From: an uncultured virus (IMG/VR IMGVR_UViG_3300044655_000681) | Taxonomy: Duplodnaviria; Heunggongvirae; Uroviricota; Caudoviricetes | DNA length: 20,000 bases | Strand: one strand, 5' to 3' | Virus record (IMG/VR): IMGVR_UViG_3300044655_000681 | Part shown: one piece after another, positions 16,553-20,000 of the stretch | How positions within the stretch are numbered: position 1 is the stretch's first letter | Layout of the letters: every line of letters begins with the position of its first letter | Notes under the pieces: model-generated | What the model was told of the DNA's origin: nothing | What the model saw: the letters and a program-made list of their open reading frames with translations, nothing else | Database searches by the model: none | Translations under genes and position numbers: made by a program

Positions 16553-17001
16553 TGACTACCGAATCTCTTAATTTTGTTGTGAGTCTAAGTGCTAAAATGT
16601 GGCGTAAAAAACCACAGTTTAGTATTTGGATTGACGAAGATCCTGTAATACAAAGTGAATTGCCCGATGAGCAAGGCCATGTATTTAAGTTCACACATGA
16701 AATTGGTGAAGGTGAACATTCGCTTAAGATACGTTTAGAAAATAAAGATTTATCGGATACAGCTAAGAATGAAGACGGAGAAATAATCAACGATATGTTA
16801 CTCAACATCGACAACATCGAAATTGATGAAATATCGATTGGCAGCTTATTGTGGACCGCCGAATACCACCTCGACAATCCGCAAGAATACCAAGGTGAAA
16901 CTATCACTAAATTAGATCAATGCGTTAACCTAGGATGGAATGGCACTTATATCCTTAAATTTTCTAGTCCTTTTTATATTTGGCTATTAGAAAAACTTTA
17001 A
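16552..17001 (+). CDS. hypothetical protein (beta-rich)
   Basis: 149 aa ORF coupled to the previous gene by a TAATG overlap. Confidence 0.7.
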   Translation: MTTESLNFVVSLSAKMWRKKPQFSIWIDEDPVIQSELPDEQGHVFKFTHEIGEGEHSLKIRLENKDLSDTAKNEDGEIINDMLLNIDNIEIDEISIGSLLWTAEYHLDNPQEYQGETITKLDQCVNLGWNGTYILKFSSPFYIWLLEKL

Positions 17002-17003
17002 GC

Positions 17004-17009
17004 TAAATA
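17004..17009 (+). promoter_or_regulatory. TAAATA late-promoter-like element, leaderless arrangement
   Basis: TAAATA-cagta-ATG (17015), no SD. Confidence 0.55.
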
Positions 17010-17014
17010 CAGTA

Positions 17015-17902
17015 ATGTTTATTACTGACCTTTTTGAAGACAATTCTGTAAAACATGCGAGCTTTTGCTTTGGTCGCATGAATCCGCCTACCGTTGGCCA
17101 TGCTCAACTAATTAATACTGTAGCCAAAGCTAGTCAAGGTGGCGACTATTTTGTCTTTGTAAGTCAATCACAGGACAGTAAAAAGAACCCCTTAGATTAC
17201 GCTACAAAAATTAAATTCCTACGTGCGCTATTTCCGGATCAGGCGGGCCACATTGTAAGTGAGCCTACCGTTAAAACTATCATGGATGTTATCCATTGGT
17301 TATATGCCAAAGGTTATCGTAGTATTACTATGATAGCAGGTAGTGATAGATTAGGTAGTTTTCAAGAACTATTACCTAAATACAACGGGGTAGAAGGTGT
17401 TAATGGTGCGTATTATAAATTTGATAACATCAACTTTGTCAGCAGTGGCGAACGTGATCCTGATGCAGAAGGTATAGCTGGCGTTAGTGCTAGTTCAGCA
17501 CGTGAAGCTGCTAAAGCAGGTAACTTGGAAGCATTTGCGCAGGCAACCGGAGCAGGTAAACTAGCTGAACCGTTGTATAATGCTGTACGTAAAGGTATGT
17601 TGTTAGCGGACCCAGAACTAGCAGAATCAGTACCAGCACATGCTCCAACAGGAAAAGAGTGGGATCGTTTACCGGAATGGAAAAAAGAATGGTATCGTAA
17701 TTGGACAGGTGGGTTATGCAAACATCCCCAGCCATATCACGAACCGCGTTGGTGGGACCCCGACAGACCAATGTCAGAGTGTAGCGGATACATTCCCAAA
17801 AACAAAAAAGAAGCCAAAGATCCACGCTGGTCAAATGCTCTGACCGTAGATGTAACTACACAAACCCCCGCCAAAAACGCCAAAGCTCTAAGACTAGTAT
17901 AA
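17015..17902 (+). CDS. cytidylyltransferase-family (HxGH) nucleotidyltransferase with C-terminal extension
   Basis: FGRMNPPTVGH, KNPL, AGSDR, SASSAR. About 90 extra residues follow ELAE. Confidence 0.8.
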   Translation: MFITDLFEDNSVKHASFCFGRMNPPTVGHAQLINTVAKASQGGDYFVFVSQSQDSKKNPLDYATKIKFLRALFPDQAGHIVSEPTVKTIMDVIHWLYAKGYRSITMIAGSDRLGSFQELLPKYNGVEGVNGAYYKFDNINFVSSGERDPDAEGIAGVSASSAREAAKAGNLEAFAQATGAGKLAEPLYNAVRKGMLLADPELAESVPAHAPTGKEWDRLPEWKKEWYRNWTGGLCKHPQPYHEPRWWDPDRPMSECSGYIPKNKKEAKDPRWSNALTVDVTTQTPAKNAKALRLV

Positions 17903-18228
17903 TGGCAACGTACACCCTAACTGCGGATATTCATTGTTCTCGCCCATCATGGGTATTTGAAGAACGTAACAAAAAATTTCAAGATACAAGATATAGAATT
18001 TACATCAACAACGAACTTATGATCGAAAGGTCGTGGGTTTGGGGTAATGATAAATTCGTTCGTGAAGAACTTATTATAGAAGTCGAACCTGGTAGTATAT
18101 GTAATTTAAAATTAGAACCAGCAGTGCTTAATATTGCCCAGGCTAAATTTGATATAACTAATCTCACTAAAAATAGATTACCATACAATTCAACTAGATC
18201 TAATTTAGAACTATCCTTTGTGATCTAA
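17902..18228 (+). CDS. hypothetical protein
   Basis: 108 aa ORF coupled to the previous gene by a TAATG overlap. Confidence 0.7.
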   Translation: MATYTLTADIHCSRPSWVFEERNKKFQDTRYRIYINNELMIERSWVWGNDKFVREELIIEVEPGSICNLKLEPAVLNIAQAKFDITNLTKNRLPYNSTRSNLELSFVI

Positions 18229-18234
18229 TAAATA
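18229..18234 (+). promoter_or_regulatory. TAAATA late-promoter-like element
   Basis: Lies between the anti-SD ATCCTT (18213-18218) and the SD AAGGAT (18241-18246). Confidence 0.55.
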
Positions 18235-18253
18235 CACTATAAGGATATAGACC

Positions 18254-18418
18254 ATGAGACTTTCAGAATTTGCTACAAAATCAATTAAAGAAGACGCTAG
18301 CGGCGGTGGCACTAGTTCCGGTGCTGTAGCTACATCAATCGGAGGTGGTGCTGGTTTTGGATTAAGTCCTTTTATGCGCCAACCGGCAAAACGTAAAACA
18401 AAAAAGAGAACAAAATAA
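18254..18418 (+). CDS. small Gly-rich protein with a basic tail (54 aa), not in the ORF track
   Basis: MRLSEFATKSIKEDASGGGTSSGAVATSIGGGAGFGLSPFMRQPAKRKTKKRTK. SD AAGGA; TAATG overlap with the next ORF. Confidence 0.75.
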   Translation: MRLSEFATKSIKEDASGGGTSSGAVATSIGGGAGFGLSPFMRQPAKRKTKKRTK

Positions 18419-20000
18419 TGGATATGAAAAAACTATTAGAAGCCGTAACTAAGTTTGCGGGCGAACCTGAACAAAAGCCAGGTGATCAAGTACGTGGTAC
18501 TGATGTGGCTAAAAAAGGCAGTAAAGAACATCCTTTTAAAGGTCGTCTAGTCGGTGATAGTAAAGACAATATGCTCAAGGGTCTAACGCAAGTATCCGAA
18601 GAAAAGGGATTAGAATGGGATTTAGCTGAAGCATTTGCTAATTTTAATGAAGATGATATTGGTGTAGAACCAAAACGCCCAGCACGTAAAGGTAGCCGTC
18701 CTAGTCGTCCGTATACCAAAAACGATAAGCCAAGTAAACGTTACACTCCAGTTAAAGAAGGGTGGAACACAGGCAATAATCGTGTAAGTTTGCCAGACAG
18801 CCCACATACTTACTGGAGTGGTACTGGCGTATTACAAAAAGAATATGATGCACTATATAATGAATTGGTTCCTAGTCAGGGCAAAGCAGATACTATTGAA
18901 GGTGAAGTATTACGTGCGTCTAGTAAAATTGTTTATCGTCACTATAATGACGGTGATGAATTTAACGAAGCAAGTTTTGATCAATTAGAGCCGTACATCG
19001 GTGCTGTTGCTAACTACGATGATCTAGCACATAAGGCTATAGAGTTTGCTCTTAAAGCCAATGGTAACTATACTCCAAATCCAGATTGGGATAGCTTAGA
19101 CGTTATGGACTACGGTCCTGCGGAAGAAGAAGAGTATGATGATGAAGATGACGATTATGATAGCTGGGATCATGATGACGACGAAGATTTATTAGGAGAA
19201 GGCGAACACGATGCTGAGTTTATCGACCACGAAGATAATTGGTACAATATGGCTGACTGGGCTCGTGCAGAATTTAAAAAAGGAAAAACAGTACAGGATG
19301 TTATTAAATATCTACGCGACAATGATTATTTAGGTCCGCAAGATACTAACAACTTTATGAAAACAGTACGTGGTGAAAAGTGGAATGAATCAGTTGAAGA
19401 AGGCATGGAAGAATTTGCCAAATCTCAAGCTAAACAACGTGCAGCAAAAAGAAAATCAATTCCTTGGCCTAAAGAAGTTCCGACTGATGCTGAACAAGAG
19501 CGTAATCGCACTCGTGATGAAGAAGAAAACGATCCACATCCTTATACACAAGTTGGTGAAGGTGCGGCTGATGTTTACTCAATAACATCAGAAAGAAATG
19601 GTAGAGAGCGTAGCAAGTCTGGAACATTGGCTGAACTTATTGAATACTATAGCTACACATTAGAAACTGGTAAATCATACGAACATGAACGTGGTAACAG
19701 AAAAATCAATCTTAACCCAAAAAGTATCGAATCATTGGTACAAAATTTAAACAATGCTAAAGACAATGCTGCAGCCAATGGTAGTAGCAACGAACGCTTT
19801 TACGTAGATCATAGCAATATGGCAGAAGGTCGTGGTCCTAGCAAAGGTCTACACAAAAAAGTTACTATCGTTAAAGGTCGTGATGCTGGTAAAACTGGAT
19901 ATGTTCGTCAGATCAAAACTGACAAGTTAAGAAATCGTGTATATCTTGACCTAGACTTAGAAGATGGTGGGCAAGCAGTAGTGCTTAAACAAGATGTACG
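18418..20000 (+). CDS. long multi-module protein (at least 527 aa, 3'-truncated), putative internal head polyprotein with a KOW-like module
   Basis: No stop codon from ATG 18418 to the window end (MDMKKLLEAVTKFAGEPEQKPGDQVRG...). Repeated V/L/M-X-E-G motifs. KOW-like KVTIVKGRDAGKTGYVRQI near 19858-19914. Confidence 0.85.
   Translation, partial: MDMKKLLEAVTKFAGEPEQKPGDQVRGTDVAKKGSKEHPFKGRLVGDSKDNMLKGLTQVSEEKGLEWDLAEAFANFNEDDIGVEPKRPARKGSRPSRPYTKNDKPSKRYTPVKEGWNTGNNRVSLPDSPHTYWSGTGVLQKEYDALYNELVPSQGKADTIEGEVLRASSKIVYRHYNDGDEFNEASFDQLEPYIGAVANYDDLAHKAIEFALKANGNYTPNPDWDSLDVMDYGPAEEEEYDDEDDDYDSWDHDDDEDLLGEGEHDAEFIDHEDNWYNMADWARAEFKKGKTVQDVIKYLRDNDYLGPQDTNNFMKTVRGEKWNESVEEGMEEFAKSQAKQRAAKRKSIPWPKEVPTDAEQERNRTRDEEENDPHPYTQVGEGAADVYSITSERNGRERSKSGTLAELIEYYSYTLETGKSYEHERGNRKINLNPKSIESLVQNLNNAKDNAAANGSSNERFYVDHSNMAEGRGPSKGLHKKVTIVKGRDAGKTGYVRQIKTDKLRNRVYLDLDLEDGGQAVVLKQDV

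Noticed and set aside
18892..18903. TIEG as another cleavage motif in the long ORF
   Set aside because: It lacks the hydrophobic residue at P3 and lies within an apparently globular block.
19123..19190. GAT/GAA/GAC-rich repetitive stretch
   Set aside because: It is the coding sequence of an Asp/Glu-rich tract, not a DNA repeat array.
2024..19585. Short overlapping or antisense ORFs in the track (e.g. 2024-2227, 4465-4782, 6210-6542, 10044-10325, 16515-16907, 17413-17721, 18486-18719, 19370-19585)
   Set aside because: They are shadows of well-supported genes and lack SD sites and recognisable motifs.
1..20000. Alternative genetic code (stop codon reassignment), as seen in some large phages
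   Set aside because: Conserved genes are full length under code 11, and TAG (groES), TGA and TAA all act as stops at sensible boundaries.
1..20000. tRNA, rRNA, CRISPR array, IS elements
   Set aside because: No cloverleaf, repeat-spacer pattern or transposase seen; intergenic gaps are very short.

Overview
AT-rich, gene-dense segment of a large tailed phage genome (jumbo or T4-superfamily-like, standard genetic code). The spanin pair implies a Gram-negative host. In order: the end of a short DnaE-like fragment, GroES, an RFC/gp44-type clamp loader, a free-standing NUMOD3/HNH endonuclease, radical SAM, PhoH, an accessory enzyme island (SAM methyltransferase, three P-loop/sulfotransferase-like proteins, a ferritin-like diiron protein, a class I glutamine amidotransferase), a lysis cassette (GH19 endolysin, i-/o-spanin, holin), DnaJ, ClpA, a glycosyltransferase, a cytidylyltransferase-family protein, and a long ORF missed by the ORF track (18418 to the window end). 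Main observations: (1) the holin ends in a G_GGA_AAG slippery site followed by a predicted pseudoknot and a 79-residue -1 frame extension with no start of its own, suggesting a programmed frameshift; (2) the terminal ORF looks like a capsid-packaged polyprotein of modules separated by hydrophobic-X-E|G motifs; (3) TAAATA/TAATTA late-promoter-like elements recur, some apparently leaderless, including an 18-bp palindrome that carries two divergent start codons. All functional calls come from motif recognition by eye; no searches were run.
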